In this document: piece by piece, positions 51,836 to 61,381 of the stretch | Layout: the number at the start of each line of letters is the position of its first letter | How positions within the stretch are numbered: the stretch's first letter is position 1 | NCBI GenBank assembly: GCA_047971245.1 | Contig: JBKDZN010000165.1 | Location: forward strand, 1 to 61,468 | Reading direction: 5' to 3' | Source of the DNA: Acidimicrobiales bacterium | GTDB lineage: Bacteria > Actinomycetota > Acidimicrobiia > Acidimicrobiales > SZUA-35 | DNA: 61,468 nucleotides | Program-made: the position numbers and the translations under genes | Notes under the pieces: generated by a model | Database searches by the model: none | The model's input: only the letters and a program-made list of their open reading frames with translations | What the model was told of the DNA's origin: nothing

Positions 51836-52582
51836 GTGTCAGGTCACTCCAAATGGGCAACCATCAAACACAAGAAGGGCGCGGCCGACATCAAGCGCGG
51901 CAAGCTCTTCGCCAAGCTCATCAAACAGGTGGAAGTGGCGGCCCGTCAGGGGGGCGGCGATCCGGACTCCAACCCCACCCTGCGGACCATGTTCCAGAAG
52001 GCCCGCGACAATTCGGTCCCGCTCGACACGATCGAGCGGGCGGTCAAGCGGGGCACCGGCGAGCTCGACGGGGTCAACTACGAGCCGATCACCTACGAGG
52101 GCTACGCCCCCGGCGGGGTGGCCCTGATGATCGAGGTGCTCACCGACAACCGCAACCGGACCGGGTCGGAGATCCGGTCGCTGCTGACCAAGAACGGGGG
52201 CTCCCTGGCCGAACCGGGCGCCGTGGCCTGGCAGTTCGCCCGGAAGGGCGTGGTCCGGGTGGCCCGATCGGCCGACGAGGACGAGGTCATGATGGTCGGC
52301 CTCGACCACGGGGCCGAGGACGTCGAGGACCATGAGGAGGTCTGGCAGGTCACCTGCGAGGCCGGCGACGTCACCGGCCTCCGCGCCGCGTTGGAGGAGG
52401 CCGGGCTGGAGGTGGCCGACTCCGACACCCCGATGCTGCCCACCAACACGGTGCCCCTCAGCGATGTGTCACAGGTCAAGGCGGTGCTCAACCTGATCGA
52501 CCTGCTCGACGACCACGAGGACGTGCAGGACGTCTTCTCCAACGTCGACATCCCCGACGAGGTCCTCGAAGCGGTCGGCTGA
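51836..52582 (+). CDS. yebC: YebC/PmpR-family protein
   Basis: MSGHSKWATIKHKK, YEGYAPGG, TDNRNRT, DVQDVFSN. Confidence 0.97.
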   Translation: MSGHSKWATIKHKKGAADIKRGKLFAKLIKQVEVAARQGGGDPDSNPTLRTMFQKARDNSVPLDTIERAVKRGTGELDGVNYEPITYEGYAPGGVALMIEVLTDNRNRTGSEIRSLLTKNGGSLAEPGAVAWQFARKGVVRVARSADEDEVMMVGLDHGAEDVEDHEEVWQVTCEAGDVTGLRAALEEAGLEVADSDTPMLPTNTVPLSDVSQVKAVLNLIDLLDDHEDVQDVFSNVDIPDEVLEAVG

Positions 52583-52613
52583 CCCGATCCAACCGGGCCG
52601 CCGACGCCGCCCG

Positions 52614-53438
52614 TCAGATCCCGGCGGCCACGCCCAACAGGCGCGAGCGGGTCACCGCCCGCATGCCCCGGGCCAGGCTGAACCCGGCCACGAACCAGGC
52701 CACGGCGCCGACCACGAGGGGCAGGATGCCGGCCCCGAACAGGACCCCGGTGGCCTGGCTGTAGGCGATCATGATCAGGGGCAGACTGACCAGGCCCGAT
52801 GCCTGCTGGGCGGCGGCGGTGGAGCTGACCCGGGCCGAGAGCCGCAACACCAGGGACAGGCAGATGGCCAGGAACGGGGGCAGGACCCACAGGATCATCA
52901 CCCACCACTGGGCGGTCGGGAAGAACCAGCCCCCCACCGACGGGCCGACCATCAGGTTCACGATGACCGAATACGCCCCGAACCCGAGGGCCACGGTCAG
53001 ATAGCCAGGGATCAGACTGGCGATCAGCTTCCCGACATAGATCTCACGGGCCGACGCGGGGGAGTGGGCCAGGAACTCGCCGGTACCGCGCTCCCGTTCC
53101 CCGACGATGGTGGCGGCCCCCACCGCGGTGGAGATGGTGAGGGGCACGATCACCGCCACGGGGGCGAACAGGAACACCGCCAGGGCGTAGCCGGTCTGGC
53201 CCTCCGGTGAGTCACCCCGGATCTGGGACCGGGCCGCCTCGGGCAGGGCCTCCAGGGCGTCGGACACCCTCGACACCACCTCGACGCTGCCGATCCGGGT
53301 GATCGACAGCAGCAGGATGGCGGGTACCACCACATAGAACAGCGAACCGAGCAGGAGCATGGGCAGCCAGAAGTCCTTGGCCTGCGACAACTGGCGCAGC
53401 TCGATGCGGGCCACGGTGGCGATGCGCTCCCGGTTCAT
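52614..53438 (-). CDS. ABC-2 type permease
   Basis: 6 TM, GERERGTGEFL..P, GK; ATGA-coupled to the ATPase. Confidence 0.88.
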   Translation of the reverse strand: MNRERIATVARIELRQLSQAKDFWLPMLLLGSLFYVVVPAILLLSITRIGSVEVVSRVSDALEALPEAARSQIRGDSPEGQTGYALAVFLFAPVAVIVPLTISTAVGAATIVGERERGTGEFLAHSPASAREIYVGKLIASLIPGYLTVALGFGAYSVIVNLMVGPSVGGWFFPTAQWWVMILWVLPPFLAICLSLVLRLSARVSSTAAAQQASGLVSLPLIMIAYSQATGVLFGAGILPLVVGAVAWFVAGFSLARGMRAVTRSRLLGVAAGI

Positions 53439-54502
53439 GACCTCACCCCCGCCTGCTCGGCGTGCGGCGCCCCGAGCCGCGAGCGGTCACCGTCGAGCCG
53501 CCCGTCACCGGCGTCGCCGTTGGCGTCGGGCCGGGGCCCCGGCGGTGGCCACCCCCGTTGGGGTCGGGGCCGGCCGGACCGGTGGTGGCCCCGCACCGCG
53601 AAGTAGATGTCCTCCAGGGACGGCTGGTATGGCTCCACCGACCGCAACCGGATCCCGGCCGCGCTCATACCGAGGATCAGGTCACCGACCCGGTCCATCC
53701 GGTCGAGGGTCACCATCACCCCTCCGCCCTCCAGATCACAGGCGAGGACCCCGTCGGCGGCGGCGATCGGCCGCAGGTCCACCCCCGGTTCGGCCGTGAA
53801 CGTCACCACCGGATCGGGCCAGTACCGATCGGCCATCTCGACCTGGGTGCCGCTGGTCATGACCGCCCCCTGCTCCATGACCACCACCTGGTCGGCCAGC
53901 CCTTCGGCCTCGATCAGCAGGTGGGTGCACAACACCACGGTGTTCCCGTCGTCGGTCATGGCCCGGATCAGGTCGAGGACCGCGGTCGCCGACTCCGGGT
54001 CGAGGCCCGAGGTGGGTTCGTCGAGCAGGAGCAGATCCGGGCCGTGCAGCACAGCCCGGCTGAGGGCGAGTCGGGTCTTCATCCCGGTCGAATAGCCACC
54101 GACCTGCAGCTCGAGGGCATCCGCGATCCCGAACCGGTCGGCAGCCTCCCGGATGCGGGCCTCGGCACCCTCCCCCCGGCCGAGCCCGTAGAGCCGGGCG
54201 GCGTAGCGGAGGTTGTCGAACCCGGACAACCGGTCGTAGAGCGACGGCTTGGCCGAGAAGACCCCACAGCGGCGCCGGACCTCCTCGCCCTGGGCGTCGT
54301 CACACGGGTCGAGGTCGAACACTCGGACCGTGCCGGTGTCGGGCCCGAGGGCCCCGGTGACGAGGCGGATGGCCGTGGTCTTGCCCGCCCCGTTCGGTCC
54401 GAGGAGGACGGTGATCGACCCGGCCGGTGCCTCCAGGGTCACCCCTCGGAGGGCGTCGACGGATCCGAACCGCCGCGAGACGTTTTGAAGCGAAACCAAC
54501 AC
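53435..54502 (-). CDS. ABC transporter ATP-binding protein
   Basis: GPNGAGKT, YSTGMK, LLLDEPTSGLD, CTH, PSLEDIY. Confidence 0.9.
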   Translation of the reverse strand: MLVSLQNVSRRFGSVDALRGVTLEAPAGSITVLLGPNGAGKTTAIRLVTGALGPDTGTVRVFDLDPCDDAQGEEVRRRCGVFSAKPSLYDRLSGFDNLRYAARLYGLGRGEGAEARIREAADRFGIADALELQVGGYSTGMKTRLALSRAVLHGPDLLLLDEPTSGLDPESATAVLDLIRAMTDDGNTVVLCTHLLIEAEGLADQVVVMEQGAVMTSGTQVEMADRYWPDPVVTFTAEPGVDLRPIAAADGVLACDLEGGGVMVTLDRMDRVGDLILGMSAAGIRLRSVEPYQPSLEDIYFAVRGHHRSGRPRPQRGWPPPGPRPDANGDAGDGRLDGDRSRLGAPHAEQAGVRS

Positions 54503-54566
54503 CTGGCTTCCTTCGGCACGATCACCGTCACCCTCAAGCCCCCATCGGGCGGCTACCGTCGTACAG

Positions 54567-55076
54567 GTGTTCGTCCTCGGGATCGATCCTGGTCTGTCGC
54601 GCTGCGGCTACGCCGTCCTCGAGCCCCAGGCCCGTCACCGCTGCCGTCCCGTGGCCATCGGGGTGATCCGCACCGCGGCCGATCAGCCCGTCGCCGTTCG
54701 CCTGGCCGAACTGCGCCACGAGCTGGGCCTGCTGTTCGACGACTACCGGCCCTCGGTGCTGGCCCTCGAGCGGGTGTTCGCCCAACGGAACCTGCGGACC
54801 GTGGTGGGCGTGGCGCAGGCGTCGGGGTTGGCCATGGCCGAGGCCGCGGGCCGGGGTGCGGCGGTGGCCGAGTACTCCCCGTCGGCGGTGAAGGCGGCGG
54901 TGACCGGCGACGGCCGGGCCGACAAGCTGCAGGTGCAGACGATGGTGCAGATGCTGCTCGGCCTGGTCGAACCCCCCCGCCCGGCCGACGCCGCGGACGC
55001 CGCCGCGGTGGCCCTGTGCCACCTGGCCCACGCCCCGGCGGCCCGGGCCCGGTCACGGGCCATGGGGGCGGGATGA
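54567..55076 (+). CDS. ruvC: Holliday junction resolvase
   Basis: LGIDPG, ALERVF, VKAAVTG.G.A.K, PADAADA. Confidence 0.96.
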   Translation: MFVLGIDPGLSRCGYAVLEPQARHRCRPVAIGVIRTAADQPVAVRLAELRHELGLLFDDYRPSVLALERVFAQRNLRTVVGVAQASGLAMAEAAGRGAAVAEYSPSAVKAAVTGDGRADKLQVQTMVQMLLGLVEPPRPADAADAAAVALCHLAHAPAARARSRAMGAG

Positions 55077-55153
55077 CGGCCCGGACCCGGCAACCTGGCA
55101 CGAGAACAACAACAACAACGACGGTGACGGCGACAATGGGAGGGTGGCGATGA
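55073..55153 (+). other. Candidate 26-aa Thr-rich mini-ORF coupled to ruvC and ruvA; contains (AAC)5 at 55105-55119
   Basis: [30 protein letters not shown] overlap at both ends. Translation not demonstrated. Confidence 0.45.
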
Positions 55154-55764
55154 TCGGCTGGTTGCGGGGACGGGTGGTCGACCGGGAGTCGGCGTCCGGG
55201 CGGGCCACGCTGCCGGAAGTGATCGTCGAGGTGGGTGGGGTTGGCTACCGGGTGAACGTCACCTCCACGGCCCTGGCCCGCCTGGCGCTCGACGACGAGG
55301 TGGTGCTGCACGTCCACCACCACCTGTGGGAGGCCGACCAGAAGCTCTACGGGTTCACCACCAAGGCGGAACGGGTCGCCTTCGAGGGCCTGCTCGCCGC
55401 CCATGGGGTCGGCCCGGCCCTGGCCATGGCCGTCCTGGCCACCCACCCGGCCGATCGGTTGGCCCGGATCCTGGCCGACGACGATCTCGACGCCCTCCGC
55501 CAGGTGCCGGGGGTGGGCCTGAAGACGGCCCAGCGAATGCTGGTGGAGCTCAAATCCACCCTGGTCCTCCCGGACGAGGCCGACGCGGGCGCGGACGGGA
55601 CCGATGCCGGTCCCGACGCCCTGGGCGACGTGGGGGAGGCCCTGGCCAACCTGGGCTATTCGGCCGACGAGATCAAGGCGGCGGTGGCCGGCCTCGATCC
55701 GGCCGACGGTGACGCCGGGGCCCTGCTCCGCCGGGCCCTCCGCTCCCTGGCCGGGGCCCGCTGA
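55150..55764 (+). CDS. ruvA: Holliday junction DNA-binding protein
   Basis: [40 protein letters not shown]. Confidence 0.96.
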   Translation: MIGWLRGRVVDRESASGRATLPEVIVEVGGVGYRVNVTSTALARLALDDEVVLHVHHHLWEADQKLYGFTTKAERVAFEGLLAAHGVGPALAMAVLATHPADRLARILADDDLDALRQVPGVGLKTAQRMLVELKSTLVLPDEADAGADGTDAGPDALGDVGEALANLGYSADEIKAAVAGLDPADGDAGALLRRALRSLAGAR

Positions 55765-56873
55765 TGCCCCGGGACGAACTGGTCGACCCCCGGCCCATGC
55801 CCGATGAGCTCGGCGGGGCCCCCCGCCGGGAACCGGTGCGGCTGGAACCCGACCGGATCGACCTCGACGGCGGCCCGCCCGACGAGGCCGGGCTCCGGCC
55901 CCGGTCCATGGACGATTTCGTGGGCCAGGCCGAACTGAAGGAACGTCTCGGCGTCATCCTGGAGGCGGCCCGCGGCCGGGGGAGCCCGGCCGACCATCTC
56001 CTGTTCGCCGGTCCCCCCGGGCTCGGCAAGACGACCCTGGCCGGGATCGTGGCCGCCGAGCTCCGGTCCCACATCCATGTGACCTCCGGTCCGGCCATCG
56101 AGCGGGCCGGGGATCTGGCCTCCATTCTCACCAACCTCGAACCGGGTGATGTGCTGTTCGTGGACGAGATCCACCGGCTCCCCCGCACCGTGGAGGAGGT
56201 CCTCTACCCGGCCATGGAGGACCGCCAGATCGATGTGGTGCTGGGCAAGGGGCCGGCGGCCCGGTCGATCCGGTTCGACCTGGAGCCGTTCACCCTCGTC
56301 GGGGCGACCACGCGCACCGGTCTGCTCACGGGGCCCCTGCGCGATCGGTTCGGGTTCGCCTTCCGGCTCGACTACTACGACCCCGCCGACCTGGAAGCCA
56401 TCGTCATCCGGGCCGCCGATGTCCTCGGCGTGTCCATCGACCGGCCGGGTGCAGCCGAGATCGCCCGCCGCAGCCGGGGCACCCCCCGTATCGCCAACCG
56501 CCTCCTCCGCCGGGTCCGGGACTACGCCGAGGTCCGGGCCGACGGGGTGATCGACCGGGCCACCGCCGCCGACGGGCTCCGCCTGTTCGGCATCGACGAG
56601 CGGGGCCTCGACACCGTCGACCAGCAGCTCCTCACCAGCATCTGCCTCCGGTTTGGCGGCGGCCCCGTCGGCCTGTCCAACCTGGCCATCAGCGTCGGGG
56701 AACCCACCGAGACGGTGGAGGACGTCATCGAGCCGTTCCTGATCCAGCAGGGCCTCATCATCCGCACCCCCCGGGGCCGGGTGGCCACCGAGGCCAGCTG
56801 GCGCCATCTCGGCCACGAACCGCCGGTCGGCGGTGAGTTCGTGCCCGCCCCACCGAACCTGTTCGACGAGTGA
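55764..56873 (+). CDS. ruvB: Holliday junction branch-migration ATPase
   Basis: [42 protein letters not shown]. Confidence 0.98.
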   Translation: MPRDELVDPRPMPDELGGAPRREPVRLEPDRIDLDGGPPDEAGLRPRSMDDFVGQAELKERLGVILEAARGRGSPADHLLFAGPPGLGKTTLAGIVAAELRSHIHVTSGPAIERAGDLASILTNLEPGDVLFVDEIHRLPRTVEEVLYPAMEDRQIDVVLGKGPAARSIRFDLEPFTLVGATTRTGLLTGPLRDRFGFAFRLDYYDPADLEAIVIRAADVLGVSIDRPGAAEIARRSRGTPRIANRLLRRVRDYAEVRADGVIDRATAADGLRLFGIDERGLDTVDQQLLTSICLRFGGGPVGLSNLAISVGEPTETVEDVIEPFLIQQGLIIRTPRGRVATEASWRHLGHEPPVGGEFVPAPPNLFDE

Positions 56874-57898
56874 GCCATCCCGACCCGGCGGATACGGCGT
56901 CGTTCGACTACCCGCTGCCGCCCGAACGCATCGCCCAGGAACCGATCGAGCCCCGCGACCGGGCCCGGCTCCTGGTCGACCGGGGAACCGCCGTCGACCA
57001 TCACCGGGGGGCCGACCTCCCGGCGGAGGTGGGCCCCGGTGATGTGGTCGTGGTGAACGACTCCCGGGTCATCCCGGCCCGGCTCGAACTGGTGAAACCG
57101 ACCGGGGGCCGGGTGGAGGTCCTCCTGCTCGAACCGGCCGACGACGACCCCCGCCGCTGGCAGGCCCTGGTCCGGGGCGGCCGCCGGGTGGCGCCCGGCA
57201 CCGGCCTCCTCGACGGTGACGGCCATCCGGTGCTGACCGTGGAGGAGGCGATCGGCGACGGCCGCCGGACGGTCCGGCTGGGGGAAGCGCCCGGCGCCCT
57301 GATGGCCCGGGCCGGACGAATACCGCTGCCGCCCTACATCACCCGCCCGCTCGGCGACGACGATCGGTACCAGACCACGTTTGCCCGCCGTCCCGGCTCG
57401 GTGGCCGCCCCCACCGCGGGCCTGCACCTCACCGCCGGGGTCCTCGATCGGATCCGGGCCGCCGGGGCCGAGGTGGTGACGGTGGACCTGCGGGTCGGTC
57501 TCGGCACGTTCCGGCCGATCGCCACCGACCGGGTGGCCGACCACACGATGCACGCCGAGCGGTACGCCATCGAACCGGAGGTGTGGGAACGGATCAGGCG
57601 GGCCGACCGGGTCGTGGCCGTGGGGACCACCGTGGTCCGTACCCTGGAGGCGGCCGCGGCCACCGGGCGGCTGGTCGACGACACCCGCCTGTTCATCACC
57701 CGCGACCACCGGTGGCGGGTCGTCGACGTGCTGCTCACCAACTTCCACGTACCCCGTTCGTCACTGCTGGTGCTGGTCGACGCCTTCACCTGGGGCCGCT
57801 GGCGTGCGCTGTACCGCGAGGCCCTGGCCGGTGACTATCGATTCCTGTCGTTCGGTGACGCCATGCTGCTGACCCGGGCCGAACCGGAGGACCATTGA
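56870..57898 (+). CDS. queA: SAM:tRNA ribosyltransferase-isomerase
   Basis: [52 protein letters not shown]. Confidence 0.96.
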   Translation: MSHPDPADTASFDYPLPPERIAQEPIEPRDRARLLVDRGTAVDHHRGADLPAEVGPGDVVVVNDSRVIPARLELVKPTGGRVEVLLLEPADDDPRRWQALVRGGRRVAPGTGLLDGDGHPVLTVEEAIGDGRRTVRLGEAPGALMARAGRIPLPPYITRPLGDDDRYQTTFARRPGSVAAPTAGLHLTAGVLDRIRAAGAEVVTVDLRVGLGTFRPIATDRVADHTMHAERYAIEPEVWERIRRADRVVAVGTTVVRTLEAAAATGRLVDDTRLFITRDHRWRVVDVLLTNFHVPRSSLLVLVDAFTWGRWRALYREALAGDYRFLSFGDAMLLTRAEPEDH

Positions 57899-59022
57899 CG
57901 CCCCTCACCGTGACGATCGAGGCCACCGACGGTGCGGCCCGGGCCGGCCGGATCATCACCGGTCGGGGGGAGATCCCCACACCGGTGTTCATGCCGGTCG
58001 GGACCCGGGGGGCGGTGAAGCTGCTCGACACCGGCGACCTCGACGCCCTGGCCCCGCCCGTCGTCCTGGCCAACACCTACCATCTGCTGGAACGGCCCGG
58101 CTCCGACCTGATCGCCGAACTGGGCGGTCTCCATCGGTTCATGGGCTGGGACGGGCACCTGCTCACCGACTCCGGTGGCTACCAGGTGTTCTCGGTCGGA
58201 CCGAAGGTGACCGAGAACGGTGCCCGGTTCCGGTCGGTGTACGACGGTTCGCTGGTCGATCTCAGTCCGGAGCGGGCGATGGCCGTCCAGCAGGAGCTCG
58301 GCGCCGACATCGCCATGGTGCTCGACGTCTGCACCGGGCTGCCCGCCCCCCGCCAGACTGTCCGCGGCGACCTGGAACGCACCCTGCGGTGGGCCGAACG
58401 GAGCAAGGCCGCCCACACCCGGGCCGACCAGGCCGTGTTCGGGATCGTCCAGGGGGGTGTCGAGGTCGACCTGCGGGTCGAGTCGGCGGAGCGGACCGTC
58501 GACATCGGCTTCGACGGCTACGCCATCGGGGGATTGTCGGTGGGGGAGGCCCGCTCGGCCATGATCCCGGCCATGCGGGCGGCCGCCGGGGTCCTGCCGG
58601 TCGGGCAACCCCGCTACGTGATGGGCCTCGGCGACCCCGTCGGCCTGATCGAAGGGGTCGCCGCCGGGGTCGACATGTTCGACTGTGTGCTCCCCACCCG
58701 GGTGGCCCGCCACGGTTCGGCCCTCACCAGCCAGGGGCGCCTGAACCTCCGGAACCTGCGGTTCGCCCGCGACGACAGCCCCATCGATCCCGGGTTCTCC
58801 CACCCGCTCACCGACCGGTATTCCCGGGCCTACCTGCGGCACCTGATCGTCACCGGGGAACCGACGGCGGGCCGGATCATCACCCTTCACAATCTGGCCT
58901 GGCTGGCCGACCTGATGGCGCGAGCCCGGAACGCCGTCGTCGACGGCACACTGGACCGGTTGCGCGACGAGGTGTGGGCGATCTGGGCACCCGGCGAGAC
59001 CCGGCCGGACCCGGCCCGGTGA
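57895..59022 (+). CDS. tgt: tRNA-guanine transglycosylase
   Basis: TPVFMPVGT, NTYHL, TDSGGYQ, GIVQGG, GGLSVGE, DMFDCVLPTR, HNL; Zn cysteines absent. Confidence 0.95.
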   Translation: MTPLTVTIEATDGAARAGRIITGRGEIPTPVFMPVGTRGAVKLLDTGDLDALAPPVVLANTYHLLERPGSDLIAELGGLHRFMGWDGHLLTDSGGYQVFSVGPKVTENGARFRSVYDGSLVDLSPERAMAVQQELGADIAMVLDVCTGLPAPRQTVRGDLERTLRWAERSKAAHTRADQAVFGIVQGGVEVDLRVESAERTVDIGFDGYAIGGLSVGEARSAMIPAMRAAAGVLPVGQPRYVMGLGDPVGLIEGVAAGVDMFDCVLPTRVARHGSALTSQGRLNLRNLRFARDDSPIDPGFSHPLTDRYSRAYLRHLIVTGEPTAGRIITLHNLAWLADLMARARNAVVDGTLDRLRDEVWAIWAPGETRPDPAR

Positions 59023-59083
59023 CGACGACGCAACGACCACACCCCCAACGCCAACGACCACGATGACAACGACGTTGCGGTAG
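59019..59083 (+). other. Two chained candidate mini-ORFs after tgt, in an AAC/GAC-rich spacer
   Basis: 59019-59066 MTTTQRPHPQRQRPR* (GTGA overlap with tgt stop); 59063-59083 MTTTLR* (ATGA overlap). Confidence 0.3.
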
Positions 59084-59154
59084 GACGATCGGCCCGCCAG
59101 GTATCGCCGCAACCGTGTGGGCCAGCCGATACCGTCGCAAAGCCGGAGGTACCC

Positions 59155-59514
59155 ATGGAGCTATTGCCACTCGTTCTGATATTCGGGGTCGCGTATTTCG
59201 TGCTGATCCTGCCTCAGCAGCGGCGAAATCGAGATCATCGGGCCTTGATGGCCAGCCTCGCGGTCGGCGATGAGGTGGTGCTGAACTCGGGCATCTACGG
59301 ATTCATCTCGGGCATCGAGGGCGACATCCTCTGGCTGGAGGTGGCGGAGCGGGTCGAGCTGAAGGTGTCGCGCAGCGCGGTCCAGGCCAAGATCCCCGAC
59401 CCGGCCGGCGCGGATGCCGCGGCCGACGCCGACGCCAAGCCCGAGAAGAACGAGCCCAAGGCGGACCGCCCGGTCGAACCGGACGACGCCGACACCACCG
59501 GTGAGGCCGACTGA
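59155..59514 (+). CDS. yajC: Preprotein translocase subunit YajC
   Basis: N-terminal TM, PQQRR, L.VGDEV..SGIYG; GGAGG RBS; precedes secD. Confidence 0.94.
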   Translation: MELLPLVLIFGVAYFVLILPQQRRNRDHRALMASLAVGDEVVLNSGIYGFISGIEGDILWLEVAERVELKVSRSAVQAKIPDPAGADAAADADAKPEKNEPKADRPVEPDDADTTGEAD

Positions 59515-59515
59515 G

Positions 59516-61381
59516 ATGCGCAGCCGCTGGTACTGGTGGCCCGCCGCCCTCGTCATCGTGCTCGCGATCGGCAGCGGGCTCGGCACCCTGTGGACCGGCA
59601 ATCGCCCCCTGCTCGGACTCGACCTCCAGGGTGGCGTGTCGGTGGTGCTGCAGCCCACCGCACCGGCCGATGACGAAGCCCTCCAGCAGACCCTGTCCAT
59701 CATCCGGTCCCGGGTCGACTCCCTGGGGGTGGCCGAACCGGAGATCGCCCTGCAGGGCGACACCATCGTGGTCGACCTGCCCGGAGTGGAGGAGCAGCAG
59801 CGCGCCGTCGATCTGGTCGGGCAGACCGCCGAGCTGCGGTTCCGTCCGGTGATCTTCAACCTCGGCCCCGAGACCCCGCCGGGGACGGAGGGCACCGGGG
59901 ACACCACCCCCGGCGAGACGATCCCCGGCGAGACGGTCCCCGGGGACACCACCCCGGAGGACACCACGCCGGGCGAGACCGGGTCCGGCGATGACCCCAC
60001 CGGTTCGATACCGGCCGACACCCTCCCCACCACCACGGTGCCCCCGGCCGGCGACGGCTCGGCGACCAACGGCGGCGACGAACAGGGCATGGGGACGCTC
60101 ACCCCCATCGCGTTCACCCAGGACACCGGCACCGCCCAGCCGGACACCACCGACTCGATACCCGCCGACACCCTCCCCACCGAGGACACGGTCCCGTCCG
60201 ACACAGCCCCCTCGGAGACCGTGCCCTCCGACACAGTGCCATCGGAGACCGTCCCGTCAGACACCGTGCCCGCCGACGGGTCAGATCCGTCGGTGTTGCC
60301 CCTGGATCAGCAGACCCTCGATGCCGGTATGGCCGACGCCCTGGCCGCCTGCTCCACCGGTCAGCTGACCACCCCCGAAGGTGATGTGGCCGACGCCCCG
60401 GTCCTGTTGATGGACCGCGACGGCAACCGGCTCTGCCTGGGCCCGACCCTGCTCACCGGTGATGCCCTGGAAACCGCGGACGTCGGCATCGTCGGCATCG
60501 GCTCCTGGACGGTGAACCCGGTGTTCAAGGAGGGCCCCACCGGTATCGACGCCTTCAACGCTGCCGCGGCCAAATGCTATGTGAGTTCGCCCGATCAGGC
60601 CGTCTGCCCCTCGGGCCAGTTGGCCATCGTGCTCGACCACGAGGTGGTGTCGGCCCCGACGATCAACTCGTCGTCGTTCAGCCGGGACCAGATCGAGATC
60701 ACCGGCAACTTCGACGAGGCCGAGGCCCGTGACATCGCCTCGGTCCTCCGGTTCGGCGCCCTCCCCGTGGAGTTGGAGACGCTCCAGACCCGAACGGTGT
60801 CGGCCACGATCGGTTCCGACGCCCTTCGTGCCGGTGTGATCGCCGGATTGTTCGGCCTGGCCCTGGTGATGATCTACCTGCTCGCCTACTACAAGCTGGC
60901 CGGGCTGGTGGCCATCGGCGGTCTCGCCCTCTCCGGGGTGATGCTGTGGGCGATCATCGCCTGGTTCGGCAGCAACCAGGGCCTGGCCCTGACCATGGCC
61001 GGGGTGGTCGGCCTGATCGCGTCCATCGGTGTGGCCGCCGACTCCAACATCGTCTACTTCGAGAACGTGAAGGACGCCTACCTCACGGGCCGACGTCCCC
61101 CCACCGCGGTGGACCGGGCCTACGGCAGCTCGATCTCCACCATCGTCAAGGCCGACGTGGTCAGCCTGATCGCCGCCGGCCTGCTGTACTGGCTCACGGT
61201 CGGCGCCGTCCGGGGCTTCGCCTTCTACCTCGGTCTCGCCACCCTGCTCGACCTGTTCATCGCCTGGCTGTTCATGCGGCCGGCGCTGATGGTGCTGGCC
61301 CGCCGTGGCGCGGTGCGGGCCCGTCCCCGCCTCCTCGGCCTGCCGGCCCGATCCGACGAACCGGATGGAGGGCCGTCATGA
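59516..61381 (+). CDS. secD: Protein translocase subunit SecD
   Basis: LGLDLQGG, RVDSLGVAEP, AIVLD..VVSAP, FGALP, GVAADSNIVYFE, VRGFA. Confidence 0.96.
   Translation: MRSRWYWWPAALVIVLAIGSGLGTLWTGNRPLLGLDLQGGVSVVLQPTAPADDEALQQTLSIIRSRVDSLGVAEPEIALQGDTIVVDLPGVEEQQRAVDLVGQTAELRFRPVIFNLGPETPPGTEGTGDTTPGETIPGETVPGDTTPEDTTPGETGSGDDPTGSIPADTLPTTTVPPAGDGSATNGGDEQGMGTLTPIAFTQDTGTAQPDTTDSIPADTLPTEDTVPSDTAPSETVPSDTVPSETVPSDTVPADGSDPSVLPLDQQTLDAGMADALAACSTGQLTTPEGDVADAPVLLMDRDGNRLCLGPTLLTGDALETADVGIVGIGSWTVNPVFKEGPTGIDAFNAAAAKCYVSSPDQAVCPSGQLAIVLDHEVVSAPTINSSSFSRDQIEITGNFDEAEARDIASVLRFGALPVELETLQTRTVSATIGSDALRAGVIAGLFGLALVMIYLLAYYKLAGLVAIGGLALSGVMLWAIIAWFGSNQGLALTMAGVVGLIASIGVAADSNIVYFENVKDAYLTGRRPPTAVDRAYGSSISTIVKADVVSLIAAGLLYWLTVGAVRGFAFYLGLATLLDLFIAWLFMRPALMVLARRGAVRARPRLLGLPARSDEPDGGPS
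59897..60271 (+). repeat. In-frame 15-bp repeat arrays inside secD
   Basis: 5 units at 59897-59971 (GDTTP/GETIP type); 6 units at 60182-60271 (SDTVP/SETVP type); 27-bp near-exact duplicate at 60005-31 and 60155-81 (SIPADTLPT). Confidence 0.85.
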
